A stretch of DNA of 64,000 bases from Dehalococcoidia bacterium (GTDB lineage Bacteria > Chloroflexota > Dehalococcoidia > UBA6926), in NCBI GenBank assembly GCA_965207115.1, contig CBDBLR010000003.1, positions 2,014-66,013 of the forward strand, written 5' to 3'. Position 1 is the first letter of the stretch. Each line of letters begins with the position of its first letter. Under the pieces are notes generated by a model. The model saw only the letters and a program-made list of their open reading frames with translations, did no database searches and was not told the origin of the DNA. Of the stretch, positions 9,001 to 17,681 are shown piece after piece. The translations under genes were made by a program, and so were the position numbers.

Positions 9001-12000
9001 GCGACTACGGGGTGACGACGGGGACGCGGACCATCACGATCCCGACCACGGGCCTCTACGACCTGAACATCGCCACCGTGGACGACGAGGTGGACGAGGA
9101 CGACGGCACGGTGACCCTCACCCTGCGGGATGGCGACGGCTACATCGTCGGCCCGGGGAACACGGAGACCACCGACGTCTTCGACAACGACCTGCCGCTG
9201 GCGCCGGCCATAGTCACGCCCGCGGTGAACGTCACGGGGGCCTCCGGCGGGAACGAGGGCGAGGACGCCGTCTTCACCCTGGAGGCGAGCCCCAAGACGG
9301 ACGCCGCCCTGGACGTGAACATAGAAGTCACGGCCACGGGCAGCTACGGGGTGAAGCCGGGCAAGCGGACGGTGACGATACCGGCCTCGGGCAGCCTGAG
9401 GCTGACCATCCCCACCAGGAATGATGGCACGGACGAACCCGACGGCACGGTGACCGTGACCCTGCAGGCCGGGGACGGCTACGAGATCGGGGCGCAGGCC
9501 TCGCAGAGCGCGGACATATTGGACAACGACCTGCCACCGGTGCAGGTCACAGTCGCCGACGCCATAGCGCAGGAGGGCGACGACCTGGAGTTCGTGATCA
9601 GCCTGGACCGCGCGGCGGACCACCAGGTCATCGTGCACTACGTCACGCTGGACTGGGATGCCTGGCATCCGGACGACTACGCCCAGGCCCTCGGCCACGT
9701 GACGTTCGCGCCGGGCGAGACGCAGCAGACGGTGCGCGTCCCGACAGTGGTTGACAACCGGGACGAATGGGGCCATGAGGAGGGGCAGGAGCGAATGCTC
9801 TTCCAGGTGACGGGCGTCGAAGGCGGCGAGGACGGCGACGATGATACCATCGGGATCATCAGCGACGACCCGGTGGACACCACGCCGAAGCCGGAGCTGA
9901 GCATCAGCGGAGGCAGCGGGATCACCGAGGGCGGCACGGCCACCTTCACCATCACCGCGAGCTTTGCGCCGGAAGACCCCATCACCGTCAAGGTGGGGGT
10001 GTCCCAGGGCGGGGACTTCGGCGTCTCGACCGGCACCAAGACGGTGACGGTGAGCGGCACGTCGACGACCTACACCGTCACGACTACAGACGACAGCGCC
10101 GACGAGCCGGACGGCTCGGTGACGGCGACGCTGCAAAGCGGCAGCGGCTACACCGTGTCTTCCTCGAATGGAGCGGCGTCGGTGTCCGTGGCCGACGACG
10201 ACCTGCCGCCGCCGGTGGCGAGCATCACCGGAGGCAATGGGATCACCGAGGGCGGCACTGCCAGCTTCACCATCACGGTCAACCCGGCCCCAACCAGTCC
10301 AATCACGGTCAAGGTGGGGGTCTCCCAGAGCGGGAACTTCGGCGTCAGCACCGGGACCAAGACGGTGACGGTGAGCGGCGGGACGGCGACCTACACCGTG
10401 ACTACCATCAATGACAACGCCGACGAGCCCGACGGCTCGGTGACGGCGACGCTGCAAAGCGGCAGCGGCTACACCGTGTCCTCCTCTAATGGAGCGGCCA
10501 CGGTGGCCGTGGCCGACGACGACGTCACGCCTGAGGTGAACGTCACCAGCGCGGCCAGCGGACCGGAGGGTCAGGACGTCACCTTCACGCTGACGGCCAA
10601 CCCGGCCCCGGGGGCCAACCTGCCGGTGAGCGTCACGGTGACCGGCAGCGGCGACTACGGCGTCTCCACGGGAACCTGGGTCGAGACCATCCCGACCGGC
10701 GGGAGCGTCGTCGTGACGCTCACCACCACGGACGACTCGACCGACGAGCCCAACGGGTCGGTGACGCTGACGGTGAACGGCGGCCAGGGCTACACCGTGG
10801 GGTCCCTGTCCAGTGAGACGGTGACGGTGACCGACAACGACGAACCACGGCAGCCACTACTGCTGCCGGACCCCGAGGTGAGCATCACCGCAGGGAGCGG
10901 GATCATCGAGGGCGGCACTGCGACCTTCACCATCACCGCCAACCCGGCGCCAAGCAGCCCCATCACGGTCAACGTGGGGGTCAGCGAGAACGGCGACTTC
11001 GGTGCCAGCGGCGCGGCCACGGTCACGGTGAGCGGCGCGAGCACGACCTACACCGTGACAACGACCAACGACAACGCCGACGAGGCCGACGGGTCGGTGA
11101 CGGCGACGCTGCAAACGGGCAGCGGCTACACCGTGTCCTCATCGCAGGGGGCGGCCTCCGTGGCCGTGTCCGACGACGACGTGCCCGAGGTGAGCATCAC
11201 CGCAGGCAGCGGGATCACCGAGGGCGGCACGGCCAGCTTCACCATCACGGCCAGCCCGGCCCCGGCCAGCCCCATCACGGTCAAGGTGGGGGTCAGCGAG
11301 AACGGAGACTTCGGGGCCAGCGGGTCGGCCACGGTGACGGTGAGCGGCGCGAGCACGACCTATACCGTGACCACCATCAATGACAACGCCGACGAGGCCG
11401 ACGGGTCGGTGACGGCGACGCTGCAATCGGGCAGCGGCTACACCGTGTCCTCATCGCAGGGGGCGGCGACGGTTGCCGTGTCGGACGACGACGTGCCCGA
11501 GGTGAGCATCGCCGCAGGGAGTGGGATCACCGAGGGAGGCACGGCCAGCTTCACCATCACGGCCAACCCTGCCCCGGCCAGCCCCATCACGGTCAAGGTC
11601 GCAGTAAGCGAGAACGGCGACTTCGGGGCCAGCGGGTCGGCCACGGTGACGGTGAGCGGCGCGAGCACGACCTACACCGTGACCACCACCAATGACAACG
11701 CCGACGAGGCCGACGGCTCGGTGACGGCGACGCTGCAATCGGGCAGCGGCTACACGGTGTCCTCCTCACAGGGGGAGGCTACCGTTGCGGTGTCGGACGA
11801 CGACGTGCCGACCGACGGCAACAGCGACACCCTGACGGTGTCCGTCGCGGATTCGGAGAGCGCAGGTCCGGGAGAGTTCCTCAAGTTCACGGTCTCGGCC
11901 AGCGAGACCGCCCAGCAGGATGTCACCGTCACGTTCACCGTGAGCAACATCGGCGGCTTGATTCAAGGCTTGGACTACTGCATCCTGCCCTCGGATGAGG

Positions 12001-12224
12001 AGCCCGACGCCAACTTCCGGTGCATGTTCCTCCCCTATGAGCATGACAACGAGGGAGGCCAGGTGACCATCGCCGCGGGCGAGGACAGCGCGACGGTCTA
12101 CATCTGGATCGACCGGGACGCCCGGGTGCCCTCCGGCCAGCCGCGGATCTTCGTCGATCTCACCGAGGTGGAGGGAGCGAAGGAGATTACCGATGGACTT
12201 GGAGAGGGCCGGGTCGAAAGATAA
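6060..12224 (+). CDS. giant secreted surface protein (2054 aa): signal peptide, two N-terminal ~175-aa repeat domains, central globular region, ~10 Calx-beta-like tandem domains
   Basis: N-terminus MPVVRRPARTFLALMLAVAALFALLVGGTENASA-QQQ (signal peptide, AxA cleavage). Repeats of ~100 aa ending ...TVTIxDNDxP / ...VAVSDDDVPEV, typical of Calx-beta. High DNA identity between repeats. Confidence 0.85.
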   Translation: MPVVRRPARTFLALMLAVAALFALLVGGTENASAQQQSQALVSNIGQSDSGRGAWGNDYAQAFTTGSESTGYTLNSVDIEIAGINDFSALSSKLTVTIRSGSGITPGAVVGTLTNPSNRIFTSDQTLNFAAPGAGIDLAADTKYWVMVDVTGNISGQTNSDGLRNTASDAEDSGAAASWSIADDSRHRTRTSTGAWTTSTESMKIRIVGGVKPPLISNLGQADTGGTGLNIDQAQAFTTGGNGGGYTLTSADLVIGLNNDSALSSKLTATIQSPLGTVIGTLTTPAIPTTNSNQTVNFAAPGDGIDLAANTTYWLVFDSTGVSTGDASTGATPSSAEDSGGADGFSIANDRWYRFQSDTSWTQIGGSALKIRIIGGVKLLTVNADGSYTVPEDWALLPAGFGPGDRFRLMFMTQGMESALRSDIGFYDTYVQGEAESGHGAIRPYAELFKVVGSTSAVDARDHLDMNPSSDGAGHPVYWLRGPRIADDTAEFWSDNWQNWTIANRRNANGNEMTGSARGDWHWTGTRADGRGHASLHLGSNDRVMRGRFLNFTSDRNPLDHTGTPRGQDHSFYAMSPVFVVDGLTYLDPGSNPQTGKLVEIDKTRFKVDEPASCGVNEGRKQNERDSDREGKWESTIADDTTYSYNVRLLRDPALDPKIDTVKVEVVGGSPPDWWTAHRAGFVTVEDKAPDIEPKQVLHFDSSNWDQWQNVQLRIHCADHFHFGDVTWRQFRHVSYTNNKRRDGRTFLQNEEPVVKVKVFDNRIPALMDSYSHELSMQAETNEYGRRGVETEVINYVYWQWKLPGVTGNVDSDADKHFSHWHLRLLADNSVGGNAPDWVKNVSTDEGYSFNPDGRYKAGMRMRGLPTKTPFTAPPNKQYRLDITPVTLREEMAEGAKLTVCIEMRDVRPDWDTPNWRAYYIPCTPALNALSPQQMAPPVTPTVFIAGAGGGDEGQGSVFFINTNPKPRSPLKVNVEVTATGDYGVTTGTRTITIPTTGLYDLNIATVDDEVDEDDGTVTLTLRDGDGYIVGPGNTETTDVFDNDLPLAPAIVTPAVNVTGASGGNEGEDAVFTLEASPKTDAALDVNIEVTATGSYGVKPGKRTVTIPASGSLRLTIPTRNDGTDEPDGTVTVTLQAGDGYEIGAQASQSADILDNDLPPVQVTVADAIAQEGDDLEFVISLDRAADHQVIVHYVTLDWDAWHPDDYAQALGHVTFAPGETQQTVRVPTVVDNRDEWGHEEGQERMLFQVTGVEGGEDGDDDTIGIISDDPVDTTPKPELSISGGSGITEGGTATFTITASFAPEDPITVKVGVSQGGDFGVSTGTKTVTVSGTSTTYTVTTTDDSADEPDGSVTATLQSGSGYTVSSSNGAASVSVADDDLPPPVASITGGNGITEGGTASFTITVNPAPTSPITVKVGVSQSGNFGVSTGTKTVTVSGGTATYTVTTINDNADEPDGSVTATLQSGSGYTVSSSNGAATVAVADDDVTPEVNVTSAASGPEGQDVTFTLTANPAPGANLPVSVTVTGSGDYGVSTGTWVETIPTGGSVVVTLTTTDDSTDEPNGSVTLTVNGGQGYTVGSLSSETVTVTDNDEPRQPLLLPDPEVSITAGSGIIEGGTATFTITANPAPSSPITVNVGVSENGDFGASGAATVTVSGASTTYTVTTTNDNADEADGSVTATLQTGSGYTVSSSQGAASVAVSDDDVPEVSITAGSGITEGGTASFTITASPAPASPITVKVGVSENGDFGASGSATVTVSGASTTYTVTTINDNADEADGSVTATLQSGSGYTVSSSQGAATVAVSDDDVPEVSIAAGSGITEGGTASFTITANPAPASPITVKVAVSENGDFGASGSATVTVSGASTTYTVTTTNDNADEADGSVTATLQSGSGYTVSSSQGEATVAVSDDDVPTDGNSDTLTVSVADSESAGPGEFLKFTVSASETAQQDVTVTFTVSNIGGLIQGLDYCILPSDEEPDANFRCMFLPYEHDNEGGQVTIAAGEDSATVYIWIDRDARVPSGQPRIFVDLTEVEGAKEITDGLGEGRVER
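10872..11807 (+). repeat. three near-identical 312-bp (104-aa) in-frame tandem repeats inside giant gene
   Basis: Unit begins CCCGAGGTGAGCATCACCGCAGG at 10872, 11184 and 11496. Minus-strand shadow ORFs also recur with a 312-nt offset. Confidence 0.9.
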
Positions 12225-12305
12225 GTCGGTCCGACGCAGGGCCATCGTTTGACGGTGGTTGACGCTGAAGCCGGGAAGGCGGCGAGTCGATAAGTGACGC
12301 GTAAC

Positions 12306-12347
12306 AAGGCCACCCCTGGGTACGACCCGGGGGTGGCCTTCATTCTT
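12306..12347. terminator. bidirectional intrinsic-terminator-like hairpin between convergent giant gene and HK gene
   Basis: Perfect 11-bp stem AAGGCCACCCC / GGGGTGGCCTT with 13-nt loop, followed by CATTCTT. Confidence 0.5.
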
Positions 12348-12576
12348 GGGCGCGGTACGCAATGCCCACGCCTCATGCTACCGGGTTCCCAGAGCAACGA
12401 AGCGCCCGCGAGCCAGCCAAGAATCAGCGCCGGTTGGGGCTGTCCGGCAGCCTTCCTAAATCGCCACCTCCCACCGGAAAGTTCGCAATTCGGTCTTACA
12501 CAGCCCACCACCATGAATTCGTTACTCCACGTCCAAGAGACACTCGGCGTCACCATTCTCCAGGACGAAACACCAC

Positions 12577-13986
12577 TCACTCACTTACCGGAAGGCGAAT
12601 GGTCACCGTCACGCCCTGCCCGGGACCGTCGCTCGCGACATCAACCGTGCCTCCATGCGCCTCGATAATCGCTCGGGTAATGGCCAACCCCAGCCCCGTC
12701 CCGCCGACCCCTCGATTACGAGACTGGTCGGTTCGGTAGAAGCGATCAAAGATATGGGGAATGTCCGCGGCGTCGATGCCGATTCCGTCATCGGTGATTG
12801 AGACCACCAGCGCCTCGTCGCCGTCTTGTCTGGCCTTCAGCAGAATACTTCCTCCGGCCTCGGTGCAATGAATAGCGTTGTTGATAACGTTTCCCAGCGC
12901 CTGGCTCATGCGCATGCGATCAACGTCCACGTCTGGGAGGTCAGGGGCCAGATCCACCGACAGCGCAACGTTCCCGGCCTCACACTGGGGCTGCCACCGG
13001 TTCACTTCTGCTGTGAACAGCTCGGAAAGCGATGTTGCTTCCCGCGCAAGCCGAAGCTCTCCATGGTCGGTCTCCGCAAGCCAGTCCAGGTCAGTCACTA
13101 TGCCGCCCAGCCTGTCCACCTCCTGGATGATGTGATCCGAGGCGCTCTCAGGGGACTGAAGTCCATCCCGCAGCCCCTTCGCCTCCAGCTTGATAACACT
13201 CAGTGGGGTGTTCAGCTCGTGCGAGACGTCGTTTATCAGACGCCTGCGAAGCTCGCGCTGGGTCTCCAGGGCGGAGGTCATCCGGTTGAACGCCGCGCTC
13301 ATACGGCCCAACTCGTCTGAGGATGTGACCGGAAGCCGCGTCGCGTCCCCCTGGGCAATCGACTGGGTCGCCTCGGTCAATGCCTTCACGGGCGCCGTGA
13401 TCCGCCTGGACAACCAGAAAGCCACCAGGATGGCAATGCCAACCGTCAGCGCCCCGCCAATCGCAGTGATGTAAAGGAGTGTATTGAGGAACCCATGTGT
13501 CTCGGTGGACAAGTATTCCTGGTTCACGTCCACGTAGACGTAACCCACCGGCTGGTCATTAGCCAGGTCGAACACCGTCTCCTGCCGCCCCTCCAGCTCG
13601 GACGTGATGTCTTCCGGAGAGAGCACGGACAGGTTGTCCATCACAACACGCCCATCGAGCCCGGTGATAACAACTCGCACCTGGTCTTGATGGAATAGTT
13701 CCGAAGAGCCTTCCTCCCCCTCCCGGTGATTTTCCCCTTCCCGAGGACCGTCGTAAATGTATCCGGCCTCGGACAGTGCCCGGTCCACTGTTTCCCAGCC
13801 ATCTGCGGCGGTATACTCCCGGCTTATGTCTCTGGCCAGCTGAGCAGCCTCCTCACTGCCGATCCGGTCCACGAACACACCAAGGCGGGCCTGCGTCGCG
13901 TAGTAGCCAACGGCGACGCTTGCCAGGACAGTAAGAAGGACGACCAGAACGGTCACGCCCATGATTCGCCAGTGAAGAGACATCAC
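12577..13986 (-). CDS. sensor histidine kinase (2 TM, periplasmic sensor, HAMP, HisKA, HATPase_c)
   Basis: H-box VSHELNTPL; G-boxes GGTGLGL; two hydrophobic segments flanking an ~150-aa extracytoplasmic domain; overlaps RR gene by 4 nt. Confidence 0.85.
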   Translation of the reverse strand: MMSLHWRIMGVTVLVVLLTVLASVAVGYYATQARLGVFVDRIGSEEAAQLARDISREYTAADGWETVDRALSEAGYIYDGPREGENHREGEEGSSELFHQDQVRVVITGLDGRVVMDNLSVLSPEDITSELEGRQETVFDLANDQPVGYVYVDVNQEYLSTETHGFLNTLLYITAIGGALTVGIAILVAFWLSRRITAPVKALTEATQSIAQGDATRLPVTSSDELGRMSAAFNRMTSALETQRELRRRLINDVSHELNTPLSVIKLEAKGLRDGLQSPESASDHIIQEVDRLGGIVTDLDWLAETDHGELRLAREATSLSELFTAEVNRWQPQCEAGNVALSVDLAPDLPDVDVDRMRMSQALGNVINNAIHCTEAGGSILLKARQDGDEALVVSITDDGIGIDAADIPHIFDRFYRTDQSRNRGVGGTGLGLAITRAIIEAHGGTVDVASDGPGQGVTVTIRLPVSE

Positions 13987-14660
13987 TCGTCCTCTACCAC
14001 GAACCTGTAGCCCGCCCCGTACACGGTCTGAATCGGCGTATTGCCATCCTGGTTGATCTGCCTTCGCAGAGGGGCAACCTGGCTGTCGATGGCACGGTCA
14101 AACCCTTCAAATTCATCGTTGAAGGCCAGGGCGATTAGCCGGTCGCGCGAAAGCACCTGGTTGGGATGACGCATAAACGTCGAGAGCAGGGCTATCTGCG
14201 CCTGGCTCAGCGTCACGGGTTCTTCGTTAACCGTCACGACACTCGTGGTCTCGTTCAGCATGATGTTGCCGCGGGTCAGAACCTGCTGGACTTTGTCCTT
14301 CACGCGGCGTAGCACGGCTGTGGCTCGGGCAATGACCTCATCCGGATCGAATGGCTTGACGATGTAGTCGTCGGCTCCAATATCGAGTCCCATGATGCGC
14401 TCGGCGGGCGCTTCTCTGGCCGTCAGCATGATGATTGCAACGTCCGATTCCCGGCGCAGGATCTTGCACAACTCCACTCCGTCGAGGCGGGGAAGCATCA
14501 GATCAAGAATGATTAGGTCGGGAGCCAGTTCGCGGGCCAGTGCCAGACCGGCCTCGCCGTCGTGGGCAACCTCAGCGGAAAATCCGGCACGTTCGAAATA
14601 CACCCTGACCCAGTTCGCGATCCGGGTATCGTCTTCGACTATTAGTACCGTGTCGCTCAT
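13983..14660 (-). CDS. OmpR-family response regulator
   Basis: Receiver LIVEDD...ILDLMLP...D; winged-helix C-terminus GYRFV. Confidence 0.9.
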   Translation of the reverse strand: MSDTVLIVEDDTRIANWVRVYFERAGFSAEVAHDGEAGLALARELAPDLIILDLMLPRLDGVELCKILRRESDVAIIMLTAREAPAERIMGLDIGADDYIVKPFDPDEVIARATAVLRRVKDKVQQVLTRGNIMLNETTSVVTVNEEPVTLSQAQIALLSTFMRHPNQVLSRDRLIALAFNDEFEGFDRAIDSQVAPLRRQINQDGNTPIQTVYGAGYRFVVEDE

Positions 14661-14794
14661 CGTCGACCCCTGGGGAATGTCTCAGGGAGTGGTGCCTCAG
14701 CTGAGGCACCACTCCCACTTTCGCATGCGCTAGAGTCCATCATCTTACTTGAAGCGGCGCTGTGATAGGTCACTCTCACCGATTCTGATTGGCC

Positions 14795-16375
14795 CTAGCC
14801 TCGTCCGCGTTCACCACCGGAGCCGTGCTCACCGCCCGACTCGCCGCCGGAGCCATGCTCGCCACCACCTTCACTGCCGCTGCCGTGCTCGCCGCCGGAC
14901 TCGCCGCCGCCGACTTCGGCATGGGCGACCCATCCGGTGAACGGCGCCTGCGTGGATGGCATGTTGACTCTGGCCACCCAGCCCGGGCCCAGGTTGACGG
15001 GATTCGTCGGCCCGAGTTCGGTTCCGTTCGACAGGTGCACCTCGATTCTGACTCGATTCAAGATGCTCCTCGTCGTATTCTCCACGGTGCCCTTGAACGA
15101 ATTGCTCGGGGCGTCAAAGGCCAGGATCAGCCGCGCGCCGCTGCGGATCTCATCGTAGGTCTGGTCAGGCGCCAGCTGATTGGCCCCGCTGCCCTCTTCG
15201 CTGCCGGACTCTCCACTGCGTTCACTGCCGGACTCGGCGCCGCTGCCTTCAGCACTGTTGCTTCCGGAGCCTTCGCTGCCGCCTTCACCACCGGGCCCGT
15301 GGCCCTCGCCACCGGAACCCTCGCCGCCACCGCCTTCTCCTGAGCCTTCACCGCCGCCACTGCCCTCAGTGCTCTGTCCCGGCATGTGAGGCACAGGTCC
15401 GGTGCCGCCGCAGTCGAACACTTCCAGGTGAACGACGTACCCGTCAAAGGAAACCCCTGCGAGGCTCGGCTCGCTGGCCAGCGGCACGCTCGTCGCGGCC
15501 GATTGTCCAGGACTCAGGTGTCCCAGTACATCGGGGCCAAGCTCGCCAACAGTCGTCGTGCCCGACTTCAGGTGCGGTTCGGCCTGCACGTAGCAGAGCA
15601 CCTGCGAGAGCGTGTTTGTGACCAGTGACTGGACCGATTGAGTTGCCGGATCGAACCGCGCAACGACGTCCAGCCCGCCAAGGTTGCCCGCCCAGGTATC
15701 ACTGAGTGGGATGATGGGGCTGGACATCTCGGCTTCACCGGCCTCAGCGCCCATGCCGCCGCTCTCAGTGCCCTCGGGCCCCTCATTACCGCCCTCGCTG
15801 CCGGTGCCTTCGCCGCCGGACTCGCCACCGCCTTCACCGCTGCCAACCTCGGCATGAGGTGTCCATCCGGTGAACGGTTCCACGGTTGAGGGCAGGTTGA
15901 CCGGCAACACCTGACCCGGTGCCAGGTCGACGGGCGTCGTCGGCCCGAGTTCTGTGCCGTTGTCGAGATGCACTTCGATCCTGACCCGTGTCAGGGTGTT
16001 ATTGGTTGTGTTCTCTACCGTGCCTGTGAAGGCATTGCTCCCGGCGTCGTAGTTCAGGATCAAGCGAGCGCCGCTGCGAACCGTGTCGAAGGTCTCGTCA
16101 GGCGCCAACTGATTTGCGCCGCTCCCCTCTTCACTGCCGGACCCGGAGCCTTCACCGCCGGATTCTCCACCGGATTCGCTGCCGCTTTCACCGCCGGAGC
16201 TGTGCTCGCCGCCGCTCTCTCCGCCGGAACTCTCCTGGCTCGTGCCCTCGCTTCCGGACTCTGGACCTTCGCTGGATTCGTTGTTGCTTGTGCAGCCGCT
16301 GAGGATCACCACCAGGAATAGCGCCCCCACCGCAACTACCAGGAACATACTTCTCATCAGCTTCTTGATAATCAT
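14795..16375 (-). CDS. acidic Gly/Ser/Glu/His-rich lipoprotein with two repeated ~95-aa domains; putative divalent-cation-binding
   Basis: Signal peptide + lipobox LSGC. Repeated GGEHGSG / GGESGGE linkers. Internally duplicated domain (…SGARLIL.YDA.SN.F.GTVENTT…RVRIEVHL.NGTELGPT…). Excellent RBS AAGGAG 6 nt before ATG 16375. Co-directional upstream of the TCS. Confidence 0.6.
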   Translation of the reverse strand: MIIKKLMRSMFLVVAVGALFLVVILSGCTSNNESSEGPESGSEGTSQESSGGESGGEHSSGGESGSESGGESGGEGSGSGSEEGSGANQLAPDETFDTVRSGARLILNYDAGSNAFTGTVENTTNNTLTRVRIEVHLDNGTELGPTTPVDLAPGQVLPVNLPSTVEPFTGWTPHAEVGSGEGGGESGGEGTGSEGGNEGPEGTESGGMGAEAGEAEMSSPIIPLSDTWAGNLGGLDVVARFDPATQSVQSLVTNTLSQVLCYVQAEPHLKSGTTTVGELGPDVLGHLSPGQSAATSVPLASEPSLAGVSFDGYVVHLEVFDCGGTGPVPHMPGQSTEGSGGGEGSGEGGGGEGSGGEGHGPGGEGGSEGSGSNSAEGSGAESGSERSGESGSEEGSGANQLAPDQTYDEIRSGARLILAFDAPSNSFKGTVENTTRSILNRVRIEVHLSNGTELGPTNPVNLGPGWVARVNMPSTQAPFTGWVAHAEVGGGESGGEHGSGSEGGGEHGSGGESGGEHGSGGERGRG

Positions 16376-16466
16376 CGCCCACTCCTTTCATGTGGTCTTC
16401 GCGACGTCACCACGATAGGAGCGAAATGTCGCAGAAATATGTCGCCTGCCGACACTGTGCAAAACC

Positions 16467-16498
16467 GGACGGGGGAGTGGCGAAACCGCCACTCCCCC
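16467..16498 (-). terminator. Rho-independent terminator of the proX-proW-proV operon
   Basis: Perfect 12-bp stem GGGGGAGTGGCG / CGCCACTCCCCC with 4-nt loop; on the minus strand followed by GTCCGGTTTTGCAC. Confidence 0.6.
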
Positions 16499-16561
16499 GT
16501 CTTCACACTATCTCTCCGGTTGAGGCCCTAAAGCCGAAACGGAGGGTGCAATCTTGTCCCT

Positions 16562-17560
16562 TTATGGAATCCAGGCTCTCCACACAGACTCGTTGGCATC
16601 AACCCACTCTTGTGCGGCCAGGCGCACCGTGAGGTCGTTCGCAGTCAGGTTGAGCACAATTTCGTTCTGCTGTGCGTTGGTCATCTGGAAGTTGTTGAGG
16701 AATTCGAATGCCTCCGGAAACTCCTCCTCAAGACCGGGCCACATCAGCTTGGTGACAGGATCGGTTGGGTAGCCGCAGTCAAATCGCTCGCCATCCGGAT
16801 AGCAATCTGAAGTCCATTCCGGCATCTCAATCGGGATAAGGTCGTACTTGGCGTGTGCCCAGTGGGGTTCCCACAGGTACGTGATAATCGGGTCGCCTCG
16901 CTGGAAAGCAGCATCCAGCTCAGCCAGGGCCGCGCCCTCATACCCGGCGAATACCACTTGGAAGTCGATACCAAACGCTTCGAGGCGTTCCTCTGGCCTC
17001 GTGTCCCACGCAGGCGTGAACTCAAGCAGCCTGCCGCTCGTGCCGGTGTCGCTCGTGGCAAAGACGGACTTGTACTGGTCCATGTCTGCAACACTGCGGA
17101 GGTTGGGGGCGGCGGCCTCTATGCCTCGCTCAGGATCTCCGTTGACGACGTAGGAAGGCACATACCAACCTGTCTCTCCCGATATTCCTACCGGACCCAT
17201 CCGCTCCACTGTGGCCTCTTCGCCGTCTACGTATTCATTGAGGAGTTCGGCGCTGTATGACGGCCAGTTGCAGCAAACGAAGTGAAAGTCGCCATTTTCG
17301 AGCCCGAGGAAGAGCGGTGCCGAATCGGCGGGCGCGAACTTGGTCGCGACCGTGTGGCCCATCTCTTGCTCCAACAGGATCTGCGCCACAGCTGTTGTGA
17401 CGAGCTGCCCGTTCCAGTCCTGGTCGACGAGATAGAGTGTGCCTCTCTCGTCTGACTCCATTTCCTCGTCGGCTTGTTCACAGGCCATCCCAACTGCAAG
17501 GCCAAGGGCCAGCAGGGCTGCCAATAGAATTCCGATCCACTTGTTTTTCACTATGCTCAT
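16562..17560 (-). CDS. proX: glycine betaine/proline ABC transporter substrate-binding lipoprotein (ProX/OpuAC family)
   Basis: Lipoprotein signal (…LAVGMAC); OpuAC-fold sequence; adjacent to fused ProW permease and ProV ATPase with CBS domains. Confidence 0.7.
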   Translation of the reverse strand: MSIVKNKWIGILLAALLALGLAVGMACEQADEEMESDERGTLYLVDQDWNGQLVTTAVAQILLEQEMGHTVATKFAPADSAPLFLGLENGDFHFVCCNWPSYSAELLNEYVDGEEATVERMGPVGISGETGWYVPSYVVNGDPERGIEAAAPNLRSVADMDQYKSVFATSDTGTSGRLLEFTPAWDTRPEERLEAFGIDFQVVFAGYEGAALAELDAAFQRGDPIITYLWEPHWAHAKYDLIPIEMPEWTSDCYPDGERFDCGYPTDPVTKLMWPGLEEEFPEAFEFLNNFQMTNAQQNEIVLNLTANDLTVRLAAQEWVDANESVWRAWIP

Positions 17561-17681
17561 AACTCTCCCCTCTCTGGACTAGTTGCGCAAAAGGCAAACC
17601 GTGGTCGTTTGCCTCATTGTGCGTCGTCACATAAGCATTCCTCCTTACAGGGTTGGCGGGCTCTTATCCTGATTAGCCCCA

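Noticed and set aside
7962-10457. 831-aa minus-strand ORF (and many 60-250-aa ORFs on both strands) inside 6060-12224
   Set aside because: Antisense/alternate-frame shadows of the giant Calx-beta gene: Arg/Gly/Val-rich, no motifs, repeat with the same 312-nt periodicity as the real gene.
9880-11810. Possible CRISPR array (regular ~300-bp periodic repeats)
   Set aside because: Repeats are 300-312 bp coding units of a Calx-beta protein, in frame, with no short spacer-repeat structure; no cas genes.
14789-16321. Plus-strand ORFs 14789-15343, 15180-15389, 15638-15889, 15968-16321
   Set aside because: Antisense to the acidic lipoprotein gene; Ala/Pro/Ser-rich low-complexity translations of GC-rich repeats.
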